Virus record (IMG/VR): IMGVR_UViG_3300022235_000070
Source: a virus
DNA: 11,783 nt
Direction: 5' to 3' (one strand)
This document shows, one piece after another, positions 1-6,714 of this stretch. The position numbers were made by a program, and so were the translations under genes. The notes beneath the pieces were generated by a model. It saw only the letters and a program-made list of their open reading frames with translations, did not search any database and was not told the origin of the DNA. Within the stretch, counting starts at the first letter, position 1, and every line of letters begins with the position of its first letter.

Positions 1-119
1 GGCCGCCATATCGTTAATTACCAGGGCCAGCGCAAGGACGGCGACCCTGTACTTAATAGACTTCTGCAGGTGCAGCCTAACCCGTACATGACGGCCTACG
101 ACCTGCAATATAAGCTGGT
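1..119. repeat. Terminal overlap: nt 1-119 identical to nt 11665-11783 (circular closure or assembly overlap; unit length 11,664 bp)
   Basis: Base-by-base comparison of the first and last 119 nt shows identity throughout. The repeat lies inside one continuous reading frame (portal). Confidence 0.95.
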
Positions 120-1029
120 TGTTCACTACTACCAGCACAACACTTCTTTTGCCTTCCTGCAGAAGAACGAGCGGGGCGACCTAGAAGCAATATGGCCGCT
201 GAAGCCTTTAAGCATGGAGTTTGTAACAGACCCGACTGGGGAACTTTATTGCAGGTTCATATTCGCAGGCGGTAGGACAGTTATTCTGCCCTTCCGCGAT
301 GTGCTGATCCTGCGCAGACACTTTAACACCAATGACCTGCTGGGGGACACCAACACGGCCATTCTGCCGACCTTAGACCTGGCCCATACGCAGAGCGAAG
401 GCCTGCGGAACGCCATTAAGCAGGGCGGTACTGTTCGCGGCATATTGAAATATAACCAGGTTTTGAGCGATGAAAAGCTGCGGGAAAGCAAGGAAGCCTT
501 TATTCGTGATTACTTGACCGTGGCCAATGAGGGCGGTATTGCGGCCCTGGACGCGAAGGCCGACTATGTACCACTTGAGATGAAGCCCTATTCTATTGAC
601 GATAAGCAGCTGAAGGCCATTAAAGACAAGGTTTACAGTTACCTGGGTATTAGCGAGGCCATTGTAACCAGTAGCTATGACGAAAACGAATGGGCTGCCT
701 TTTATGAAAGCGTGTTGGAACCCATAGCCCTGCAATTAAGCCTGGAGCTAACCAGCAAGGTGTTTACACCGCGGGAGCAGGGTTTTGGGAACATGATTAT
801 TTACGAGAGCCAGCGGCTGCAGTACGCCAGCGCACAGAGCAAGGTAAACATCATCAAAGAGCTGCTGCCCTATGGCCTATTCACTATTAACGAGGCCAGG
901 GAAATTTTGAACCTGCCTGCGGTAGAAGGCGGCGACAAGCGGCTGCAGACCCTAAACGTTGTTAGTGCAGACCTAGCGGACAAGTATCAGATGGAAGGTG
1001 ATCTGGATGAAAGAAATTCGGATAGCTGA
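1..1029 (+). CDS. Portal protein, HK97 family: C-terminal 342 codons. The ORF continues from 11491..11664 across the circular junction (400 aa total).
   Basis: Frame 1 is open from nt 1 to TGA 1027-1029, and the same frame runs from TTG 11491 through the overlap. The joined translation (MSIFSRLFGR...GKLKGRHIVNYQG...QPNPYMTAYDL...YESQRLQYASAQ...) has the size and N-terminal pattern of HK97-type portals. It sits directly upstream of a prohead protease and an HK97 capsid gene. Track ORF 70..1029 is only the internal GTG-to-stop part. Confidence 0.85.
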   Translation, partial: GRHIVNYQGQRKDGDPVLNRLLQVQPNPYMTAYDLQYKLVVHYYQHNTSFAFLQKNERGDLEAIWPLKPLSMEFVTDPTGELYCRFIFAGGRTVILPFRDVLILRRHFNTNDLLGDTNTAILPTLDLAHTQSEGLRNAIKQGGTVRGILKYNQVLSDEKLRESKEAFIRDYLTVANEGGIAALDAKADYVPLEMKPYSIDDKQLKAIKDKVYSYLGISEAIVTSSYDENEWAAFYESVLEPIALQLSLELTSKVFTPREQGFGNMIIYESQRLQYASAQSKVNIIKELLPYGLFTINEAREILNLPAVEGGDKRLQTLNVVSADLADKYQMEGDLDERNSDS

Positions 1030-1594
1030 ATTAAGGGCTATTGGAGACCCGATTGATGATAACGCTTTAATTCTGGAGGGCAGGCCCTTAGTGTATGACC
1101 AGCCCACGGTAATTAAAGAGAAGTTTGGCAGCTTTACAGAAGTGATCCGCGCAGGTGCCCTGGACGGTGCCGACCTATCGGATACGCGGTTACTATACAA
1201 CCACGATTTAAGCAGGATTCCGCTTGCGCGGACACCCAAAACAATGCGGCTGAGCGTAGATCAGGCAGGCCTGCGCATGGTGGCATTGTTGCCTGATACA
1301 GAAGAGGGCCGCAGCGTGTATACGGCAGTAAAACGCGGCGACCTTTCAGGCATGAGCATTGCGTTCGTGGTGGCCGATGGCGGCAGCCATTACGACCCGC
1401 GGACGAACACCAGGACTATAACCAAGATCAAGAAGATCCTGGAGTGCAGCGTGGTTCCGTTCCCTGCATACCCTACGACTTCGGTAGAAGCTAGGGCAGA
1501 GATACAGGGGGCCTGGGACAAGCTGAACGACCCTGCAAGAAAAGCCCTTATTATCAGGGCTAACCGAATACGATTAAGGAGTGTTGACATATGA
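1007..1594 (+). CDS. Prohead (capsid maturation) protease, HK97 family (S78/U35)
   Basis: ATG 1007 is preceded by GGAAGGTGA; GTG 998 is an alternative start. The ORF overlaps the portal stop. It has the motifs LLYNHD (catalytic His context) and GMSIAF (Ser context). Its stop overlaps the capsid start (ATGA at 1591-1594). Confidence 0.85.
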   Translation: MKEIRIAELRAIGDPIDDNALILEGRPLVYDQPTVIKEKFGSFTEVIRAGALDGADLSDTRLLYNHDLSRIPLARTPKTMRLSVDQAGLRMVALLPDTEEGRSVYTAVKRGDLSGMSIAFVVADGGSHYDPRTNTRTITKIKKILECSVVPFPAYPTTSVEARAEIQGAWDKLNDPARKALIIRANRIRLRSVDI

Positions 1595-2808
1595 GATTCA
1601 AGACTGTTCAAGAGGCGTTTAACTTTTACCGCCATTTTAGCGTTGAGGACATAGAGAAACGGGCCGCTGCCATTATTGACGAAGTGAATTCTAACCCAGA
1701 GGCCAACATTGAGGCCCTGAACATTGAGCTGGAGGCCCTGGAGCAGGTAAAGCAAAACTGGGAGGACAAGACGGCTGAAAAGCGCAGCCAGTTTAACCCC
1801 ATTACTGGCATGAACTTCGATCAGCCCAGGTTCACTAATGACAACGTGTTTGCTAGTGCCGAATACAGGAGTGCGTTCTTCAAGACCCTGTTGGGCCAGA
1901 AGCTGATGGATCAGGAGCAGCTGGCCTGGAACAGGGCGATGGAATTGGCCGAGAAGCGCGCTAACCTGTTTAACGTGGTAAGCGATAGCGCAGCGGTGAT
2001 TCCTACGCAGACCCTGAACGAGATTGTAAGCAAGGCCAGGGACATGGGCGGCATTATTGCCGAAGCCAGACAGTTTAATGTTCCTGCCAGCTTGAAGGTT
2101 CCTATTGCTACTCCTATTGGAAGGGCAAGCAGGCACCAGGAAGGCCAGCCCGTGGAAACCCAAAAGGTGGGCCTGGCAAGCGTTACCTTCGCACCGCTGG
2201 AGCTGATCAAGGTTATTTCCATGAGCGCAGCCGTTCGGCATACGGCCATTGACGCGTTCGAGAAGTACCTTGTGGAGGAACTGGCCACTTGCGTATTAGA
2301 GCAGATCGCTTATGAGCTTGTGAATGGCCAAGGTTCCGAAAAAGGTGAAGGCCTGGGGGTGCTGGCAGGTGTAACCTGGACGACAGACAACAGCGTAAGC
2401 TATGAGGACGCTCCAGCTTATACCGACTTCGCCAAGATGATGGGCCTTCTGAAGCGCGGTTATGGGCGTAATGCTAAATGGGCCATGAACACTTCCACCT
2501 TGTATAACCAGGTTTACACCTTAACCGACCAGAACGATAGACCCATTTTCGTACCTGACCCAAGGAATGACGAAGTGGGCCGTATCCTGGGCCGCGAGGT
2601 TATCATTGATGATTACCTGGATGACGGAGTTGTGCTGCTGGGCGACTGGAAGTACATGGGCTGGAACCTGGCTAACGGCATTATGATTGAAGTTAGCAGG
2701 GAAAGCAGCTTCAAGAGCGGCCTAATTGATTACCGCGCATTGGCTATTGCCGACACTCAGGTTCTAGTGGCAGAGGCCTTCGCCAAACTGAGCGAAGCCG
2801 AGGGCTAG
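1591..2808 (+). CDS. Major capsid protein, HK97 fold, with N-terminal delta/scaffolding-like segment
   Basis: 405 aa with RBS AAGGAG at 1576-1581. The N-terminal ~100 aa look like coiled coil (EALNIELEALEQVKQNWEDKTAEKR). Typical HK97 capsid stretches follow (NGQGSEKGEGLGVLAG; LLGDWKYMGWNLANGIMIEVSRES). The position after the protease is canonical. Confidence 0.9.
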   Translation: MRFKTVQEAFNFYRHFSVEDIEKRAAAIIDEVNSNPEANIEALNIELEALEQVKQNWEDKTAEKRSQFNPITGMNFDQPRFTNDNVFASAEYRSAFFKTLLGQKLMDQEQLAWNRAMELAEKRANLFNVVSDSAAVIPTQTLNEIVSKARDMGGIIAEARQFNVPASLKVPIATPIGRASRHQEGQPVETQKVGLASVTFAPLELIKVISMSAAVRHTAIDAFEKYLVEELATCVLEQIAYELVNGQGSEKGEGLGVLAGVTWTTDNSVSYEDAPAYTDFAKMMGLLKRGYGRNAKWAMNTSTLYNQVYTLTDQNDRPIFVPDPRNDEVGRILGREVIIDDYLDDGVVLLGDWKYMGWNLANGIMIEVSRESSFKSGLIDYRALAIADTQVLVAEAFAKLSEAEG

Positions 2809-2905
2809 AGAGCCGCGGAACTGGAACCTGTTTTGTTGGAAGTGGGCTGCGGATTGCCAAGCAGTTTTGCGGCTTTTCTAGCAAGGTTCACTTCTTCTAG
2901 TAGCT

Positions 2906-2944
2906 GGGAAAGGGGAGCCGAATTGACTTCGGTTCCTCTTTCCC
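2906..2944 (+). promoter_or_regulatory. Strong plus-strand RNA stem-loop downstream of the capsid gene (16-bp stem, 7-nt loop, no U-tract)
   Basis: GGGAAAGGGGAGCCGA (2906-2921) pairs with TCGGTTCCTCTTTCCC (2929-2944). The two non-Watson-Crick positions are G-U in the + transcript but C-A on the minus strand, so the structure is strand-specific. It is followed by CCCAAAAAAAGGGG rather than a T-run. Confidence 0.5.
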
Positions 2945-2966
2945 CCCAAAAAAAGGGGTGATAAGC

Positions 2967-3263
2967 ATGATTCTAAGCCTTGAAGAAGCCAGAGAAGCAT
3001 TGAGAATAGACGGCGAAGATAACGATACGATCATTGTTCCGCTTGTGCTGGCTATTCCCAAGTACCTGGAGATAACGACAGGGAACAGCTGGATGAATGA
3101 GGACGACCATTGCACAAATGAGCTGGCAAAGGTGGCGGCCAAGTTTATCCTGCAGCTGTGGTATTACCCGCAGAGTGAGGACGCAGTAAGGATACAGCGC
3201 ACCATTGACAGCCTGCTTTTAACATTAGGCGCAGAAGCCAGGGGTATGAATGGATTACCGTGA
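2967..3263 (+). CDS. Head-tail connector / DNA-packaging protein, gp6-like (QLRG-type)
   Basis: ATG 2967 is preceded by AAAGGGGTG; the track start GTG 2958 is less likely. The N-terminus MILSLEEAREALRIDGEDNDTIIVPLV and the later AAKFILQLWYY stretch match the pattern of gp6-like connector proteins. It lies immediately after the capsid gene. Confidence 0.65.
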   Translation: MILSLEEAREALRIDGEDNDTIIVPLVLAIPKYLEITTGNSWMNEDDHCTNELAKVAAKFILQLWYYPQSEDAVRIQRTIDSLLLTLGAEARGMNGLP

Positions 3264-3555
3264 GTATGCTAAAGCCTTCTACGGCAGCACGGCCTGGATC
3301 AAGTGCAGAAATGGTTACATGCAAAGCAGGAACTATGTTTGCGAGTTATGCGGCGGTGTGGCCACGATATGCCACCACAAGGTTCCACTAACACCTGAAA
3401 CTATTAATAACCCTGAAATAGCTTTGAATTGGGATCTGCTGCAGGCCCTTTGCCACGAGTGCCACAACAAAATTCACTTCACCGCTTCGCCAACACCAGA
3501 CGGCTTGATATTTGACCCTGATGGAAACCTTGTGCAGCACACCCCCCAGGCCTGA
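3250..3555 (+). CDS. HNH endonuclease (packaging-associated type)
   Basis: 101 aa with CELCG...ICHHKVPL...N...LCHECHNKIH, i.e. paired CxxC plus the H-N-H signature. It lies directly upstream of the terminase genes, as in HK97-like cos phages. It overlaps the preceding stop by 14 nt. Confidence 0.85.
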   Translation: MDYREYAKAFYGSTAWIKCRNGYMQSRNYVCELCGGVATICHHKVPLTPETINNPEIALNWDLLQALCHECHNKIHFTASPTPDGLIFDPDGNLVQHTPQA

Positions 3556-3751
3556 GCAGGCGCGGGGGCCTTCCAGGGCGGGGCGGGCGGCACCTTTCTT
3601 TTCCTCCAAAGGGAAGATCATATCAGGCGAGGGTTTACATTGTAAATATTGTAAACATGGAGAAGCTGAAGAAGGAACAACATGGCAGAAGATAGGCCGG
3701 TTTAGCAGGGGAAAGGCAGATTTAACAATAGCGGGGGAGAGGTGAATAGAA
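3556..3751. other. HNH-terS intergenic region; candidate cos/packaging-site region
   Basis: A 196-nt gap sits exactly where cos lies in HNH-dependent cos phages. It contains a GC-rich run GGCGCGGGGGCCTTCCAGGGCGGGGCGGGCGGCACC (3559-3594) and the 25-nt box at 3633-3657. There is no convincing coding ORF: track ORF 3512..3745 lacks an RBS and is low-complexity. Confidence 0.35.
3633..3657. repeat. 25-nt box GTTTACATTGTAAATATTGTAAACA (copy 1 of 2; inverted arms GTTTACA/TGTAAAC)
   Basis: Identical at 24 of 25 positions to 11197-11221 (A at 3645 versus G at 11209). It has an internal direct repeat ATTGTAAA x2 and terminal 7-nt inverted arms. Confidence 0.85.
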
Positions 3752-4102
3752 GTGAGCAAAATTCCATATAAAGACCTGCCCAAGGAGTTAAAGCAGCTTA
3801 AAAAGGTGCTGAAGAATGTACCAAAAGACAGGCGACCCATAGCGGAAAACCTGTTTGATGAGCTTGCTTTTATGGATCAGACAATGCAGAAGCTAAGGGA
3901 ACAGGTGAACGCGGACGGGCCTATCAGCCTATTCAAGCAGGGCAAGCAGGAATTCCTGCGGGAGCACCCAGCATTAACGGCCTACAACAAAACCGTTCAA
4001 CGGTACAACCAGACCCTGAAGCAGCTTATTGACCTGCTGCCCAAAGCAGACGGCCAGGGGGACGCTGATCCGCTGCTGGAATTCATTAAAGGCGGCGAAT
4101 AG
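3752..4102 (+). CDS. Terminase small subunit, P27-like
   Basis: GTG 3752 is preceded by GGGGGAGAGGTGA. The product is 116 aa, basic and helical, with ...EHPALTAYNKTVQRYNQTLKQLIDLLPK resembling P27-family TerS. It lies between the HNH and large terminase genes. Confidence 0.6.
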   Translation: MSKIPYKDLPKELKQLKKVLKNVPKDRRPIAENLFDELAFMDQTMQKLREQVNADGPISLFKQGKQEFLREHPALTAYNKTVQRYNQTLKQLIDLLPKADGQGDADPLLEFIKGGE

Positions 4103-4103
4103 A

Positions 4104-5744
4104 TTGAACTATGTGCTGGAGTATTGGCAGGCCATAGAAACGGGGCAGGTAGTAGTTTCCCGAAGGGTGCGGCAGATATACGAACGACTGACACGGGAAA
4201 TAGAAAGCCCTGGCCGATACGTCTTTGACCCAGAGAAGGCCAGCAGGCCTATTGAATTCATTGAAAGGTTCTGCCGCCATAGCAAAGGAGAATGGGCGGG
4301 CCAGCCTGTGAAGCTGGAGCTGTGGCAAAAAGCCTTTATTTCGGCCCTGTTCGGCTTCGTGGACAGGGAAACAGGGCTGAGGCGGTTCCGTGAAGCCATG
4401 TTCTACTGCGGACGCAAGAACGCCAAAACTACGCTAATGAGCTGCCTAGCCTTATACATGTTGGTGGGCGATGGGGAAGCTGGCGCAGAAGTGTATTCCA
4501 TAGCCACGAAGTACGACCAGGCCAGGATACTTTTCGATGAGGCCCATAACATGGTACGGCAAAGCCCATACCTGTCTAAGCATGTTCGGAAGCGCAAAAC
4601 CGACCTTTACTTTGACGCAACCATGAGCCTATTCAGGCCGCTGGGCAAGAACAGCAATACCCTGGACGGCCTTAATGCCCATTGTGTGATTATAGACGAG
4701 CTACACAGTATTAGGGATAGGAACCTGTATGAGGTAATGAAGCAGTCCATGAGCGCAAGACGGCAGCCGCTTCTGATTATCATAACTACCGCTGGAACCG
4801 TTAGGGAAGGCGTGTTTGATGACATTTACAGCTATGCTACGCAAGTAGTGGACGGGACATTCGAGGATGACACTTTCCTGCCTGTCCTGTACGAACTGGA
4901 CAGCAGGGACGAATGGACAGACCCCAGCGCATGGCCCAAAGCTAACCCTGGCCTGGGGGTAATTAAGAAGCTGGACGACCTGCAGCAGAAGGTGGAAAGG
5001 GCCAAGAACAACCCCAGCGAGCAAAGCGGCGTATTAACCAAGGAATTCAATGTGCGGGAAACAACGGCGCGGGCATGGCTAACCTTCGAGCAGCTGAACA
5101 ATGAGGAAACCTTCGACCTGGAGGACTTCCGCGGCTTCTACGCCATAGGGGGTGCGGACTTGAGCCGCGTTTACGACCTAACCTGTGCCACTTTGCTGAT
5201 GGTAGACCCCAAGACTGAGAAGCGGTATGTTCACCAGATGTACTGGCTTCCAGAGGACGGCTTCATGGAGCGCGTGGAGCAGGATAAGGTTCCGTATGAC
5301 GTATGGCACAGCCGTGGCCTGCTGCGCTTGACCCCAGGCAACACAATAGACTACCGCTTTATCACGCGCTGGTTCTTGGAAATGATCGAGCAATACAGCA
5401 TAGTGCCATTATGGGTGTTTTACGATGCCTGGAGTGCGACCTTTTGGGTTCAGGACATGGAGGCCCAGGGCTTTAACATGGTTCCTGTGCGCCAGGGGGC
5501 CAAGACTTTGAGCATACCCATGCAGCAGCTGGGCGCAGACCTTACGGCAAAGAAGGTAAATTACGGGAACCACCCGATCCTAAAATGGTGTTTGGCCTGC
5601 ACGGAAGTGGTGCAGGATCGTAACCAGAACTGGCTGCCTGCTAAACCGAAGAATTCCAAGATGAAAATTGACGGCATGGCGAGCCTGCTAAACGCTTATG
5701 TTGGCTTGATGGCGAGATACCAGGAATACCTGGGCGCACTATAA
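4104..5744 (+). CDS. Terminase large subunit (Terminase_1-type ATPase/nuclease)
   Basis: The likely start is TTG 4104, one nt after the terS stop and preceded by AAAGGCGGCG; the track start at 4029 would overlap terS by 74 nt. It has Walker A-like CGRKNAKTT and Walker B HCVIIDELH. The N-terminus FDPEKASRPIEFIERFCRHSKGEWAGQPVKLELWQK is typical of this family. Confidence 0.9.
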   Translation: MNYVLEYWQAIETGQVVVSRRVRQIYERLTREIESPGRYVFDPEKASRPIEFIERFCRHSKGEWAGQPVKLELWQKAFISALFGFVDRETGLRRFREAMFYCGRKNAKTTLMSCLALYMLVGDGEAGAEVYSIATKYDQARILFDEAHNMVRQSPYLSKHVRKRKTDLYFDATMSLFRPLGKNSNTLDGLNAHCVIIDELHSIRDRNLYEVMKQSMSARRQPLLIIITTAGTVREGVFDDIYSYATQVVDGTFEDDTFLPVLYELDSRDEWTDPSAWPKANPGLGVIKKLDDLQQKVERAKNNPSEQSGVLTKEFNVRETTARAWLTFEQLNNEETFDLEDFRGFYAIGGADLSRVYDLTCATLLMVDPKTEKRYVHQMYWLPEDGFMERVEQDKVPYDVWHSRGLLRLTPGNTIDYRFITRWFLEMIEQYSIVPLWVFYDAWSATFWVQDMEAQGFNMVPVRQGAKTLSIPMQQLGADLTAKKVNYGNHPILKWCLACTEVVQDRNQNWLPAKPKNSKMKIDGMASLLNAYVGLMARYQEYLGAL

Positions 5745-5757
5745 GGAGGGCTGACTT

Positions 5758-6081
5758 ATGAGGTTGAAGGACAAAAAAATAAGCCTATTAGAACACCGCG
5801 AAATTGGCAGAAACGAGTTAAACCAGCCCATTTACGGCTGGGGGCCAAAGGACGGAGGCGAGAATATTTGGGCCTATGTTAGGCAGCTGAGCGGCAGGGA
5901 AATTCATTCGGCGCGCATGGTACAGGCCGAGGAAGAAGTTTTGTTTGAAATTAATTGGCGTGATGATGTGAATATGACAGACAGGGTGCTATTCCGCGGG
6001 GAAGAATATGACATTGTGAGGATTGATCCGTTCGAGTTTAACAAGACCGATATTCGCATTTTCGCAAAAAGGAGGAAATAG
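5758..6081 (+). CDS. Head closure / head-tail adaptor protein (Phage_H_T_join-like)
   Basis: RBS AAGGAGGG is 7 nt upstream. The product is 107 aa. The pattern IWAYVRQLSGREIHSARMVQAEEEVLFEINWRDDVNMTDRVLFRGEEYDIVRIDP matches the conserved layout of SPP1 gp16/HK97-type head-closure proteins. Confidence 0.75.
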   Translation: MRLKDKKISLLEHREIGRNELNQPIYGWGPKDGGENIWAYVRQLSGREIHSARMVQAEEEVLFEINWRDDVNMTDRVLFRGEEYDIVRIDPFEFNKTDIRIFAKRRK

Positions 6082-6083
6082 GC

Positions 6084-6314
6084 ATGGATATGGAGCTTCC
6101 AGAAAAGCTGCAACAGCTTAATGATGACCTGGAGGAAGTGCTTTTGGAGTTTCAGGACAGCGTGAGACGGCAGGTTGTGTTGATGGGAACCAGGGCGGCC
6201 ACGGCCAGCGATTTCAACGAGCTAGGCAAGAACCTGGACAGCGTATTAGCGAGTTTCAAAGAGGCCCTTATTGACTATCTAAACGAGCTGGAATATGACA
6301 TAGGCAGGAATTAG
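6084..6314 (+). CDS. Hypothetical acidic helical protein (76 aa)
   Basis: RBS AGGAGGA is 6 nt upstream of ATG 6084. It is tightly packed after the head-closure gene. No recognisable motif. Confidence 0.6.
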   Translation: MDMELPEKLQQLNDDLEEVLLEFQDSVRRQVVLMGTRAATASDFNELGKNLDSVLASFKEALIDYLNELEYDIGRN

Positions 6315-6375
6315 CGGGCAGGAAAACCTTGCGGCCCATGGAATGTAATCCTTGTAAACCAAGGGGGGAAAACTA

Positions 6376-6573
6376 ATGGAGGATGAAAGACAAAACTGGG
6401 CAAAACATGGGCTGCCTGAAGGGTGGACAAGGGCCACCTTTATTGTTCGCCAGGACTTGCTGGAGAAGCTGAAAGATCATGCCTGGACGGAGCGAATGAC
6501 CCTCAAAGAGGCCGTGGAGCAGATGATGGCCGATTATTTGGCAGACAAAAGCCCGCTGCCGCGCAGAAAGTGA
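6376..6573 (+). CDS. Ribbon-helix-helix (CopG/Arc/ParG-like) DNA-binding protein
   Basis: RBS AAGGGGGGA is upstream. The product is 65 aa. RATFIVRQDLLEKLKDHAWTERMTLKEAVEQMMADYL fits a beta-strand plus two helices, the RHH layout. Confidence 0.6.
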   Translation: MEDERQNWAKHGLPEGWTRATFIVRQDLLEKLKDHAWTERMTLKEAVEQMMADYLADKSPLPRRK

Positions 6574-6602
6574 TTTTTTGCGGACGTTGGCTGAAAAACG
6601 AA

Positions 6603-6700
6603 GCCCTAGAATGGCCCAGGACGGGCGAAAACGCATGGGGTAAGGGTTTTATATGCCTGTTTAAAATGGCCCTTAGAGCGCACCAGGCGGCCCAGGAGCA
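6603..6700. repeat. Two tandem partial copies (A1, A2) of a repeat whose third copy (B) follows the primase-polymerase stop
   Basis: ATGGCCCAGGACGGGCG at 6611-6627 is identical to 10779-10795, and similarity continues to about 6648 versus about 10822. A2 (GCCCTTAGAGCGCACCAGGCGGCCCAGGA, 6668-6696) parallels GCCCTCTGACGCACCAGGATGGCCCAGGA at 10762-10789. Confidence 0.85.
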
Positions 6701-6714
6701 AAGAAGGGGTTTAG

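Noticed and set aside
1-119. Interpreting the 119-nt terminal repeat as a biological direct terminal repeat or LTR of a linear genome
   Set aside because: The repeat lies in the middle of the portal reading frame, so a linear molecule with these ends would split the portal gene. Joining the ends gives an intact 400-aa ORF. An exact overlap of this size is what de Bruijn assemblers leave on circular or concatemeric templates.
1390-2241. 283-aa minus-strand ORF, plus other minus-strand ORFs such as 373..735, 1911..2288, 3388..3840, 4701..5024 and 9835..10152
   Set aside because: They lie entirely antisense to well-supported head, terminase or PrimPol genes. They have no RBS and give low-complexity Leu/Ser/Arg-rich translations typical of shadow ORFs.
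3512-3745. 77-aa ORF across the HNH/terS intergenic region
   Set aside because: It starts inside the HNH gene in another frame and has no RBS. It reads through the GC-rich block and the 25-nt box, giving Pro/Arg/Gly/Ala-rich sequence. The region is better explained as cos/regulatory DNA.
4029-4103. Upstream extension of the large terminase ORF to TTG 4029
   Set aside because: It would overlap terS by 74 nt and add a Cys/Arg-rich segment not seen in TerL N-termini. TTG 4104, with an upstream purine-rich RBS, gives the family-typical N-terminus.
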